The translations under genes and the position numbers were made by a program. The notes beneath the pieces are model-generated. The model searched no databases and was not told where the DNA came from. It was given only the letters and a program-made list of their open reading frames with translations. A stretch of DNA of 64,000 bases from Parasitella parasitica NRRL 2501 (lineage: Eukaryota > Fungi > Mucoromycota): assembly GCA_025201805.1 (NCBI GenBank), contig MU619261.1, forward strand, positions 146,445 to 210,444, given 5' to 3'. Every line of letters begins with the position of its first letter. Position 1 is the first letter of the stretch. Positions 14,270 through 26,393 of the stretch are shown in pieces.

Positions 14270-15124
14270 TGTTCTACAAGTACATGGATGATAGATATAA
14301 TCAACATTCGACTTCTTTCTCTCTTACAAGATGCCACCAAGCCACTACTTACGATATATTAGGGAAAAGAGAAGGAAACCTCAGTTGGAAAATGCGTTGC
14401 CTTCTATTTTCTTGCTAAAAAATTTGATTCAATGATAGTCTCATTGGCTATAAGTTTGTAGTGGCTTAGTGTTGCAGTAGCAGGAGCACCTTCTAGTTCA
14501 TCAAACAGTGGGTGTTTTGTCAGGTAAATGTTCTCTATCGTACATTGAGAATGGGGTATTTATATCAAGTCGAGCATTGGAAGTATTAAGTTTGACAATA
14601 CAAAAGTGCCTGACAATATGTTGAGCGTTGCAAAAGATCATTTGTCTTCAAGACATGGCTTCTTTTAAACATGAACCACTTTAAATGCATCATGGAAGAA
14701 GCTTAAATGAGGATATTTGAAGACTACAAAAACAAATTGATGCTTCATTTGATTTCTGGTTATTATAAAATTTTAAAGTTACAAGTTTCTGAGTATTGTA
14801 ATGCTGATTTAACGGCATTTAGCACATTTGATTTAAGCGTTTAAAAGTTTAAAGAGCCTTTTTTTTTGTTCTCATAAAATAGCATGGTTAAAGTATAATA
14901 AAAGCTGTCTGGAAATCATAGTAGAGCTCTTTTCATAGACACTACAGTTTTCAAAAGTTATATATTTTGATCTATTGTCAATACACTTTGATATTGGGGC
15001 TTCTCCACTTCAAAAAGTGGGTATACATGTAGTGACTGGATGGGACTTTCGACCAGCGGTATACCCTGCCATGTTGAAGATTGAGCGTGAGGAACCCTAT
15101 TTCTCCATATTTTCCAACGCTAAT

Positions 15125-16140
15125 ATGGCATCCACAGCACGCCAAATTGCTGCTCATGTATCACGTCAAAGAGCAATGACAACACCAACCATCAAAGCAT
15201 ATCAGCGATTTATTCATACCTCATATCAGGCGCTTGAAGGTGCTAAGTCACCTCAACAGCAAGGAGAAAGAAAAAGTTTTGCTGAAAACCTTAGTAACCA
15301 ATTTATCAATCTTGTCAAAAAGCAGCGTAATCAAACCAAAGCATTTTCCGATCCTTCTCGTTTTGTAATGATCAATGGCCTGCCACTGACAGCTACTATA
15401 GAGGATATCCATAAATTGGCAAGAGAAGCATTTACCAATGGAGATAAACAGATCGTAGAAAGTAAGTTTTTTTTTTTTTTTTTTTTTTTTGGCAAATGTT
15501 AAGACTGATGGATATACCAAAGCTGTTCTTTGCCGTAGCCCTGAATTCAACTTTACCGGTCGCTGTGTTGTTAGTTTAAACAATGTTGAAGATGCTCGTC
15601 GTTTGATTGAGTACGGCCATAGACGAGTATTAGGAGGCCATACGATCAAGATTGATTATGTAAGTTTTTTTGTAGTTTTGACGTTTGAGCAGGTAAGGAC
15701 ATTTACAGATGTTAAATAGACTGGAAATGATAAATCAGACACCGACTCTGTAATGAATCAATATCGTCCCTCTGAATTGAGCTCCATTACAGATTCCACA
15801 AGCGCATCTGGTCGTTCTGTGGTTATTACAGGTTTTCCGTTCCAAACAAAATCAGAGCACTTGTTGGGATATTTGCGCTCTAGAAATTTTTTCCCTGCGG
15901 AAGGAGTCCCTAGCAATATATTGCGCTTAAAGACGTAAGTTTTGTATATTGTACAATAGCATTGGCGATTATTCATGTTATCATTCATTTAGCAAGGATA
16001 ATTCGACAGTTTCCAAGTTTCTGGTTAAATTCGATTCAGAAAGTGAAGCATGGCGTTGTGTTCGTGCCTTCCATAACACTGACTTTCTGTTAAAAAGTAG
16101 ACAATCTAGACATAGACTTCGACTGAGCGTAGCTTACTAA
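15125..16140 (+). CDS. Putative mitochondrial RRM-like RNA-binding protein (4 exons)
   Basis: Presequence-like MASTARQIAAHVSRQRAM...RFIHTS. RRM-like segments RFVMINGLPLTATIEDI, GRCVVSL, GRSVVITGFP, KFLVKFDSESEAWRCVRAFH. GT-AG introns. Confidence 0.75.
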
Positions 16141-16166
16141 TATGATTAAAAAAAAAAGTATTGTAT

Positions 16167-18662
16167 TTATTTTCGTTTCGTGGTAATGGTTGTGGTTGTA
16201 GCAGTTTTTGTGCTGATATCATTGAAGGCAGATGTGATACATGACTTGAGCTCTTTGTAAGAGACAATAATCGATGTTTGATTATCTCTTGAAGTGAGCA
16301 TTATGTTTTCATCTACACCAGTATCCAGCTAATAGTTTTGAGTTGTCATGTAGGTACACTGCGTCAGTGTGTTCATTTACCTTGTTTAAACATGAGACGA
16401 CGTGTCCCATATCCACAAGAGGCACACCTATTTCGTTTACTTGATGGAAGATATAGTCTCGAAATAGTTTGATCATGTATCTATCTCCTGTTTCTGACCA
16501 TCTTGCGTCCTTTTCGAACTCTGGTCTCTCGTTGATGAAATTAAGTTTGGACATTAGTTTGACTAATCGACTGTTCTCTAGTTCATTGCTGAGACTCGTT
16601 TCCAGGGTATCCGTGTAACTAGGAATTAAGATAATAGGGTTACTCGCTTTACTACTAGGCAAACGTTCTACTTACTACTGGCTGCTGTTCAATTCATGCA
16701 ACAATCTAGGGCCTATCAAAACAAACACTTCATCAATGGATTTTGACATGGAAGGCTTTCCAAGCAAGTAGTAGGCAACATTCTTGAGATCCGGCGAATA
16801 GAATCTAGACATGAACTCAAAAGACTGCATTGATGTTCCAGGGGCAGGCGTATTACAAGCAAGACTAATGATTAATTTACCAAAGCTAAACAGATCTTCT
16901 TGCTGATAAAGCACCCGCTTTTGATCTGCTGTATTGTCAAATTGAAGCACATCCACCAGTCCAGCACAATTGATGCGAAGTCTGTTTTTGCTGGTCATGA
17001 TGATTTTGTTGGGCTCAATTGTTCTTGCTGATAGACCTGCACTGTGTATAGTCTTCAGAGCTGAAGCGATCTGCGTTATAAAACTCCATAATGTAGTTTC
17101 AGGTACTGGCATGCCATTGATTCCAGCTGCTTGAAACCGAGCATGTAATAGAGCTTGCGCTTGCGGGGAGAAATAGGCTTCAAACAACGTTATACTACAC
17201 GGATGATAATCATAAACAAAAACAAGCGCTACACCATGTGAATGTTGGGAATTGCAATCACTTTTTAAATATCAAACAGAAGCTTACAGGAATCGCCAAA
17301 TGCTCTCGTGGTAAAGGCTTCTCGTATTGACACTATATTGGCATGTCTTATCTTTCTCCATTGCTTGACTATACTCATTGCTTGTTCATTGACCAATCTA
17401 AAGCCTAATGAGATGTGAGAATCTATCCATATAGACTAGCACAAGCCTTACCTTCAATTCGAACCATTGTATAAGGTTTACCATTGGTGCGGCAAACAGC
17501 TTTATACATCCAAGAAGAATGACCCAACACTTTACCTGGTTTCTCTTCAATCCGATGTAATGAATGATATACATGGACTTCCTCAGGTAACCCTGTATCT
17601 TTTGCTGCTCCCAGATTAACATTTTGATGAATCGTATTGCGCTTTTTTACGACATTACCTGATGTAGCAGCAATCGCAGTGTCGTTTCGCTTTAGTAATT
17701 GTTCTCGCAAGTTGTCAGGAATGTAAAATGACTGGACAAGTCGCTGGTGATTTGACAGATTGGCTACGTGAGGTAAGGCCGGCACATATTGATGATACTG
17801 AGGCTGCTATGGCATTGCTCAGCATACACAAAAGTTAAAAGACTGATGGCACTTACTGCTGGCTGTGGAAACTGATTGCTCATATAATAGAATGGGTCTT
17901 GTGGAACGATTTGAGTCGGTTGAGGATAAATGTATTGTCCATTATTCACAAACGGATATCGATGTGGCGATTGCGGCGGTGGCGATGAAATAGACATTCT
18001 TTGTTGAGTGTTGTCAGTAAGGTGCGTATTTGTTAATCTAACAAGACGTGAGTACGAAATAGAAGTATACTAGGCGGTTGTATATTTTACATTGGTCTAG
18101 GTGATATTTTCTCTGCGTAATAGGCAATTATTAATAAAGAACGCAGAGCATTTGTCCCATCAGAATACCTTGAATTGGGGTCGTCTTTGGCACAAATACA
18201 GGCGCATGAATGCTATCCGCAGAAACTGACGTATTTCGGGGGCTATTTCATGATGAGTAAATACGTGCGCAAGGGTTGATATATCCATTTACTTTTCTGG
18301 GCTCTGTGGGTGGTTTTGTTGCTGTGGCAATACAATGGCTTTTTCCTGCGCAACAATTACTAGGACTATTTATTTACAAACTTGGACGCTACGTACGGTT
18401 TCATGATTGAAATCACACCCTTTATCTTCGAATTTACAAAAGCCATGAATAATTACGTTCCTGCAAGTTCTTTTCGATGACGATGAAGAAGACGACGTCG
18501 CTATCATAAGATTAACAACTTGAAATTCATGATAGCCATCCACAGTACTGTTTACCCACATTTAGGTGCTGGTTCTTTAGTTGAGCTACTATCTGATGAT
18601 GCTTTGATAGGAATAACCAAGGGCACTTGCGATGGTGGAATAAATGACTGATTAGGATTCAT
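16167..18662 (-). CDS. PAN3: PAN2-PAN3 deadenylase subunit PAN3 (multi-exon)
   Basis: CCCH finger [24 protein letters not shown]2-like SIHAPVFVP, pseudokinase ([20 protein letters not shown]), C-terminal [21 protein letters not shown] and [15 protein letters not shown]. Confidence 0.97.
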
Positions 18663-18808
18663 TTTTATTCAATTAAAATACGAAGTTGGGAAAAAAAAAA
18701 AAGGCTGTTCATAAAGGAGGTCAGTTGTTGCGGTTTTAAATAGGTGCTGGTAGTCGCAGAGCTGTGTGAATTTCAAGGTACACAGATCCATTCTGTCAAA
18801 TCTTCTTA

Positions 18809-19003
18809 TTACTCTACGCAATAGAGATTACTGGATATGTAGTTTATAATCTTCCATGCAGTACAGAGCTCAGTGATGATGACGAGAATGAACAAGAAAG
18901 CATGACTTTGCGTTTTGACCAAGGACTCCTTCAGCATGTAGAGATTAGCATAAAACGCACCTATAATAAACAAGATTTCAATGGCTAGTGCGTCTGGGAC
19001 CAT
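18809..19003 (-). CDS. Candidate 64-aa two-TM small membrane protein
   Basis: True ATG after a pyrimidine-rich leader. Two hydrophobic stretches (LAIEILFIIGAFYANLYML; AFLFILVIITELCTAWKII). No homology recognised. Confidence 0.4.
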   Translation of the reverse strand: MVPDALAIEILFIIGAFYANLYMLKESLVKTQSHAFLFILVIITELCTAWKIINYISSNLYCVE

Positions 19004-19440
19004 TAGTTACTCGGTAAAAAAAAAAAAAGAAGGTAAAAAGAGATAAAAGGCGAAAAGATCATTACACTTCATTAGCAACAATACTTGTTTTTATAGCCCA
19101 AGAATTGTGCCGCCATGAGTTATCGCTATAGTTACTAGTTTTGGTCATAAGAAAGCTGTTGCTATGCAGTAGACATGCCTCGATCGACAACAAAAGATGG
19201 CTACAGACCTCTTTCGCCATCGTGACTCGAATGCATGCGATTCCTTTACATCCTACAAGAAGACCAAGAAAGTATGAAATATGGGACAACCAGGCTTCCA
19301 CCATTTTAAGAGCAGATTAGCCAACGTGCATCTCCAAACAGGTGCCTGATCCGACTACTATATATAAACAACAAACTTGGGGTTTATTTTCAATTTTTTC
19401 TTTACCTTTTTATCTAATCAGCTAAGCATTTGTTTGGTGA

Positions 19441-22400
19441 ATGTCATTAAAGGGAAATCCGTCAAGTTATGCATCAATTGTTCGTGATGGTGGTGGTGGT
19501 GATGACGACCATGCAGGAGAAGGCTCTTCTTCTGCACCACTATTGTCTTCTCGTAAAGCACAGGGAATCAACTGGCATGATCGTGTAAAACGTGCTTACG
19601 TCTTTGTTCGCCGAAATTTTTCTCACATATTGGTCTTATTTACCATTGTTGCGATACTAGTTGTTTTGTTTGTGTATACCTTACTTCCTGACAGCCCTGT
19701 CTTTCCGGCAAAGGAGACACATTCACAGACCCTCCAAGCCGGTGTTTCGGAAGTGACTATGGCAAACGGACGAATTCAGTGTGAGGCTATTCAGTCGAGA
19801 AGAAGAGAAAAGAATCTTCCAAACCAAAGGCGCACGAATCCTCGGGCTGAACCAACGCAAAAGTCAATCTTGCTGAGAAATGCAATTGTTTGGGATGGTG
19901 AAGGCGGTGTGTTGAACAACGTCGATGTTTATATGGAAGATGGTGTCATTCGTAAAGTGGAAAAGAACGTTCAATTGAGCACCATCCAAAAAAATGTCAA
20001 AGTCATTGATGTTGGTGGACATGTTGTAGGCCCTGGCTTAGTCGACATGCATAGGTACGTATACAATGTAGTACGCCTCTACGCGCTGTGATCTAATTTT
20101 ACAGTGGTTTACAGCCATATGGGTGTGGACTCATGGCCAGAACTTGATGCGACTGATGATACGAATGAAATGACTCAGCCTCTCACACCATTTGTTCGAA
20201 CCTTGGATGCCTTTAATCCCTCTGATAAAGCCATTCGCATTGTATCATCTGGTGGTGTAACAACAGCTTTAGTATTGCCAGGCTCTGGAAATTTGATGGG
20301 CGGTGAGGCCTTTGCCTTTAAACTAAGACACAGATCAACCGTTAGCAATGAGGATATGCTTGTGCAAGATAATATAAACCCTGAAGTAGAGACTAAATGG
20401 AGATGGATGAAGATGGCATGTGGAGAGAACCCAAAGGCAAGTTGAAACATATTGCTTATTAGACAGTGATTGAGACGGTATGCAATTACAAATAGCGAGT
20501 CTATGGCGGTCGTAATCAAATGCCTTCTACACGTACGTGATATAGGATATATAGAAACGTGCATAAAAAAATAAATCCAGCCCTTCCTTTTAGGTCTTGG
20601 AGAAGCCTATCTTTTTCGTAAAGAAATGTCTAGAGCGCATGAGCTGAAGCAGAAACAAGACGACTGGTGTCAAGCTGCTAACCGTACTCCTTCTGTTAGG
20701 TTCGACAGAGCCTTTCCTCAAGATCTCAGCCTCGAGTCTCTTGTTTCTCTACTTCGTGATGAAGTGCTACTCAATGTTCACTGCTACGAAACTCATGATA
20801 TAGAGGCTATGATTCGTCATTCTCTAGAATTCAACTTTACGATCAGCGCATTCCACCATGCTCTTGATGCGTATCGTATTCCATCCATCCTTCGTCGCGC
20901 CACCAACAATATTACTGTTGCCACATTTGCTGACCACTGGGGCTACAAAAAAGAGGCTTTTCAAGCTATTCCTCAGGCGCCCAAGATCTTGCACGATGCC
21001 GGTGTCCCGGTTGCTTTGAAAAGCGACCATCCTGTGCTTAATTCTCAACATTTGATATTTGAAGCTGCTAAAACTACGCATTATGGATTGCCACCACAAG
21101 AAGCTTTCAAGGCAGTTACATCTACACCAGCCAACGCTATTGGACTCGGTCATCGCATTGGTTCCCTGAAAGTGGGCTACGATGCTGACGTTGTTATTTG
21201 GGACAGAGAGCCTCTTTCCTTGGGAGCAACGCCTTTGCAAGTCTTAATAGATGGTGTACCACTGTTTGACGAAAAAGCCATTGAGCCAATTAGCCATAAG
21301 CAAGACATTCCTGCCGCTGCCACTAGTACTGATCCACCCAAGAAATTAAATGGCGCAAAGAGCTTTGTCTTGAAGAATGCAGGCTACTATTTCTTGGGAG
21401 AAACTCCAACCAGAGGTCCCATGGATATTGTTGTTCAAGATGGTGCCATTGTTTGCTCGGCTCCTGACTGTACCGACTCTATTGTATCTGTTCAAACTGA
21501 GAAAGTTGTACCTGAATATGACCTACAAGGTGGCTATGTCGTTCCTGTAAGTGACAGCGTCAAAAGAAAGAGAGAGAAATAATAACATGTGGTCATAAAG
21601 GGCCTAGTTGGTGTTGGTTCTACTTTAGGATTGATAGAGATTCAGGGAGAAGCAACAACTGGAGATGGTCGTGCGCCCTCTAGCAGATCTCAAGATGCCA
21701 AGGATATTATTCAGACTGTTGACGGTATAAAATTAAGTACTCGCCACCTGGAAGAAGCGTATAAAGGTGGTGTTTTAACAGCTATCACAGCACCAATGTC
21801 AAATAATGTTGTGGTTGGTGTCTCGGCAGCTTTCAAGACCGGTGCTGATTCCCGTAAGTTGATATATATTTTACCATATCATAGGTAAGATTAAACCTAA
21901 CCAAGGCGAATAGTTCTTACCGACGGCGCTCTTCTTTCTTCTGCCGTTGCGCTTCATTTACAGGTTGGGGACGATTTCAAATCCTCTAGTTTTCCGACTA
22001 TTTCAAGCCAGATAAGCTATATTCGCCAATTACTCAAAGACAACCTCAAATCAGAAAACTACTATGGACAGGCTGCTCGTGGTGAAATACCTACAGTCAT
22101 CACAGCACACAACAAGGACGAGATCGCTTCGTTAATTGTATTGAAACGAGACCATGTTTCAAAAGCACGTTTTGTTATTTTGGGAGGTACTGAAGCCTAC
22201 TTGGTTGCCCCTCATTTGGCAGAAGCCAAGATTCCCGTTGTTCTCCAGCCCGTGTTATGCACACCCTCGAGATTCGATTCTATTCATTGCTTGACTGGTG
22301 CTCCTCTTACAAATGGTACAGCTGCGCATGTACTAAATAGCTATGGTGTCAAGATCGGTGTCGGTATCTTTGATGATGGATTGGCTCGCAACTTGGCATG

Positions 22401-22653
22401 GGATTCTGGATGGCTAGCTGCTACATCCCCCTCGTCTACTGCTCTGGAAAACGGCGCCATTACCGAAATTCAAGCTATTCAATTTGTAACAAGCAATATC
22501 CGTGAGATATATGGTCTCGATGCATCTTCTGCAGCTATTCAAGTAGGAGATGAGTTCTTAGTTTATTCTGGAAATCCATTTGATGTGAGAAGTCGTATCA
22601 TTCTTATTCATTCCAATTCTAACGGTCTGGAGGCATTGCCAGTACACCAATAA
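19441..22653 (+). CDS. Membrane-anchored amidohydrolase-superfamily protein with two TIM-barrel domains (multi-exon)
   Basis: N-terminal TM helix. Domain 1 has PGLVDMHSH, KMACGENPK, VHCY, FHHA, KSDHP, GSLKVGYDADVVIWD. Domain 2 (PGLVGVGSTLG...FLVYSGNPF) lacks the HxH motif. TATA-like TATATAAA near 19361. Confidence 0.92.
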
Positions 22654-23389
22654 TTAGCTGCATTTCGCAGTTTATTAAATGTCATGACAACTTTCAATTT
22701 GCTTTTGTATCCATTCAAAACCATCTACGGCACTAGGCCCAACGTCATAGAAAAAATTCAAGGCATTTTTCATTCATATACACCGTTTAATACTACGAGG
22801 TTCCAGACACATGTGTATTTTTTGTTTATTTGCAAAAATGGAAAGAAAATGGTCTTTCTTTTGGCAGAAAAAGAAAAATCAGGGCTCTAATCAAACTATA
22901 CATGAAAATCAAAATATTTAATTATGTTCGAACTTTAAGAGTATTCTTCTGGCATATGAGAGCATCAGTGGCATTTTCAAAGACTATTCAAGTACATAGT
23001 GATGTTTTCGCATCAGTTAATCTGTAGTGGATAAACGATATCATATTGAATGCCAGTTGTTTCCCCTTCTGTCAATTACGCTATAGGATGCAAATATGGC
23101 AAGTATGATTCATAAAAAAGTTCTATTTTCTGAAAAGTAGCCATGGGAGACTGATGTCTTGTGTCAAAAATATTTCTTCTAATACATGATATGTGCAATT
23201 TATTGTTTTCCATATTCTTTGCCAACAGAAGATGGCCTAAATATTTTATATAAATAAGAGTGTAATTTGAATTGTTTTTGTCCCTCATCACTGTGTGATT
23301 TTTCCCAATTCGTCATATACAAAAAGCGTTGATCGCCCTCAATTATAGTACTGTATATTCATCTACTCTGCAAATACCAATTTTCCAAA

Positions 23390-24079
23390 ATGAAACAAGC
23401 TCTCTCAGTAACATCAATATCCATTGTATTGATTATAATATCTTTGATCTTATCAGGACTGGCGGCTCCTCTTGAAAAGCGAAGTATCCCATCATGCTAC
23501 AAGTCGGTCAAGATGACTTACTATTGGATCCCTAAAGAAGGCGAGAAAGACATGAACAATAAAGGCAAGAGTATCAAGCTCAATGGCATCAAAACCAAGA
23601 AGCTCAAAGATAAAAATGGCAAGAAAATCGCAAAGGTTTCCAAGGTGACATACAATAAATTTCAAATGGAAGGCACTGGCTTGTTAAAGTCTGGCACCAT
23701 GGTAAATCTTAGCACAAGTAAGAAGACTTTCATGAAGGTCGATCGTTCAAAAGCTCCTTATGGTTTAGGTCCCAATAACAAGGGGCTGGTTCCTTGGGTC
23801 AGTGTCGCTTCTAATGATATCAAGCTTGGCACCACTCTATATATTAAAGAATTAGACGGTATTACTTTGCCGAATGGTGTATCTCACAACGGCTGTGTAC
23901 GTGTTGATGATCAAAGCTGGAGTATGGGAAGCTGTCAGCTTGACTTCTTTGTCCTTCAGTTCAGTGCTTATCAAGTGTTGGACAAGAAAATCCCCTCAAA
24001 AGTCAAGGCTACCGAGAAATCTTGTAAAGTCAAAGATTATGTAAATTCTAGCGTTAAAAAGTGGGCTGTTCTTGCTTGA
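23390..24079 (+). CDS. Secreted basic 3D-domain (MltA-like/DPBB) protein, paralog A
   Basis: Intronless 229 aa. Signal peptide plus APLEKR Kex2-type site. VSVASNDIKLGTTLYIKELDG...HNGCVRVDDQSWSMGSCQLDFFV resembles the 3D domain. CDS is well supported; domain call is from motif recall. Confidence 0.85.
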   Translation: MKQALSVTSISIVLIIISLILSGLAAPLEKRSIPSCYKSVKMTYYWIPKEGEKDMNNKGKSIKLNGIKTKKLKDKNGKKIAKVSKVTYNKFQMEGTGLLKSGTMVNLSTSKKTFMKVDRSKAPYGLGPNNKGLVPWVSVASNDIKLGTTLYIKELDGITLPNGVSHNGCVRVDDQSWSMGSCQLDFFVLQFSAYQVLDKKIPSKVKATEKSCKVKDYVNSSVKKWAVLA

Positions 24080-26393
24080 TTATGTATATATTTATATTTT
24101 TGATTACTATTTATTTGCCATTGAATGGTAACTCTTGTTTATTTGCTGTCTTTTTTTTTTTCGCAATAAATTTTCATTGTAAATGTATACAAGACAAACG
24201 TTTGAGATAGTAGTTTATATACTTATATCATGTCTATCACGCTTAAAACTTGAACAAAGGATATAAATATTACTTCTATTGATTAAGCTGGTGGTTTCCT
24301 GTGCATCATTATGCTAAATAAAAAAAAATTGTACTTGCAGTTCTAAAGTAGACAGTAAATATATGTGCCAACGCAGAAGAAAATAACGTTGAGTAGAAAT
24401 TTAACATTGCCTTCCCCGAATGGAAAATTGGTATATGGCTTCCAAGACGAAGCACTCACAGGAATCGGGAGCTTACTAGTTTTGCTTGATTCAAGCTTAC
24501 AGACTTTAGCAAATGGGTAAAACTATCACCAAACAATTTCTATTACAAAAAACAACAGATTGCTAAAAACGATTAGAAACAACCTTGGAAAAAACATTCA
24601 ATCGATGTATTGTGAAGATGAGAAAGAGTATAAGCATTATTGTGCTTTAGAGATGAAAACAGTATAAAAAATAAATATTATCAAGTAAAAAAGTCGTATG
24701 ATTAACAGGTTGTGAAAATTTACGCTGTTCTTTGATAAGCTTTCGTTTTACATCTGTTACTTGGTACTTCGATAAAATAAATTAATCTGGTATTAACGTA
24801 TGTATTGAAGAGCAAAAGATTTTTTTTTTTCAAAACTGATCAAAAATTAATTACATTTGCAGATAAGCTTTGAACTATGCGTTACCCATTGGAAATAAAT
24901 ATATAAAGTATATATTAGATAGCCCTAATTATGATGATGTATCAGACAAGTGTGGTTTATTCTTTATACAAAGGTATCGGCGTTTATATGCATTTCTCGT
25001 TGGAGAGTTACTGTTTTTTTTTGTCAGCTAGATATGCCTCATAGCAATTAGGGCATTCAGAAAGTACGCACAGTTCTTGCTTTTATAACCCAAGAAATAA
25101 CAAATCCTTCCGAATGCATAACAGGCTCCGCTGAACTAACAGACTCAACACGACGTCCAAGATCAATAAATGATTTTGACCATGGCCGTATGAGCGTTGA
25201 GTGTACTAGCAGTGGACCCCTGATGTGGATGGTAGAGAGAATCAAAACATAATCTAATACCAACCCTGGATTTCAACTACGCTGCGCAAACAGCTCTTTC
25301 ATGCTAAAACCTCTTGAACCAACACCACCTTTAGTTGCTGATTTGCTAACAAGTTAACAAACGAATGTAGAGAGTTCAGGAACAATATAAGGTTGTATAA
25401 CAGTGCACTGAGTTTTGCTTCGATGGAAATTAAGAAAAAAAAAAACAAATCAGACTGCAGGAAAGCAAGAGATCTTGAGAGAACAAGAAATTCGATGTAG
25501 TGGTGCATACACCTTTAGGAAGTGCGTACTATTTATTGGGTAGTGGTTTACCTGCGGCTGGAAAACGTCCATCACTCTCTCAGATTTAAATTTATGAGCC
25601 TGATAATGAGTTGGGCAATTCTGGGCCAGTGGGAATAAGGTACCTATCAGATGAGGTTGACTCCAGGGTATGTGCAGCATGCCTGATCTTGGATAGGGAG
25701 GTGTTTTTAATAGAAGTTATGAACTGAAAACTTTTATATTCCACCATTTCGTATAAGAAAGTAGCAGAGTGAGGATTTGGATATTTCATAATTTTAGAAT
25801 TATTACATCTTTATTAGAAGAGCACTTATTTTCTAAAGAGGTTGCCACCATCAAAAGTGATGTTGGAATTGAACAGCTTTATGAAGTGAAACTGGCCTAC
25901 AACAACTACACGTGTTGGATGCCATGAAGCGGGCGTATTAAACAGCATGGTTTGCAATTATAATCCATATAGATGATAGCAGCGAGGTTGTAACCAAGAA
26001 GCGGGCGCAAGGTTCAATGATAAAATACGATGAAAAGCTTACTGAAATCAATGGACCGCATCTTCATCCATGATTTTTTGGATATCGTGTCAGATATTAG
26101 ACAAAATAGAGATTTTAACTATCTCAAACGGCGCAAAAATCGATGTTACGAATGAAATGGCAAGCATCATCAATGATGACCGTGGCACATAAGAATTCCG
26201 AGATAATACTTTGCCAGATGAGGAGCTTCTTTGGAAATAAAATAAAGAATGATCAGTGGAGGCCAATACGGTGAGCAAACGGAACAATTTTTTGATCCTG
26301 TTTCGTAAACATCTGAAATTAAATTTGTATGATTGATGCCCAAAAAAAATATTTTTTGAATTCTTCTTTTCTTGCTCTACTCTACATTTGACA

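Noticed and set aside
25250-26250. Coding-like composition with broken frames (KFDVVVHTPLGSAYYLLGSG...)
   Set aside because: Probably a decayed gene, but no family could be recognised.
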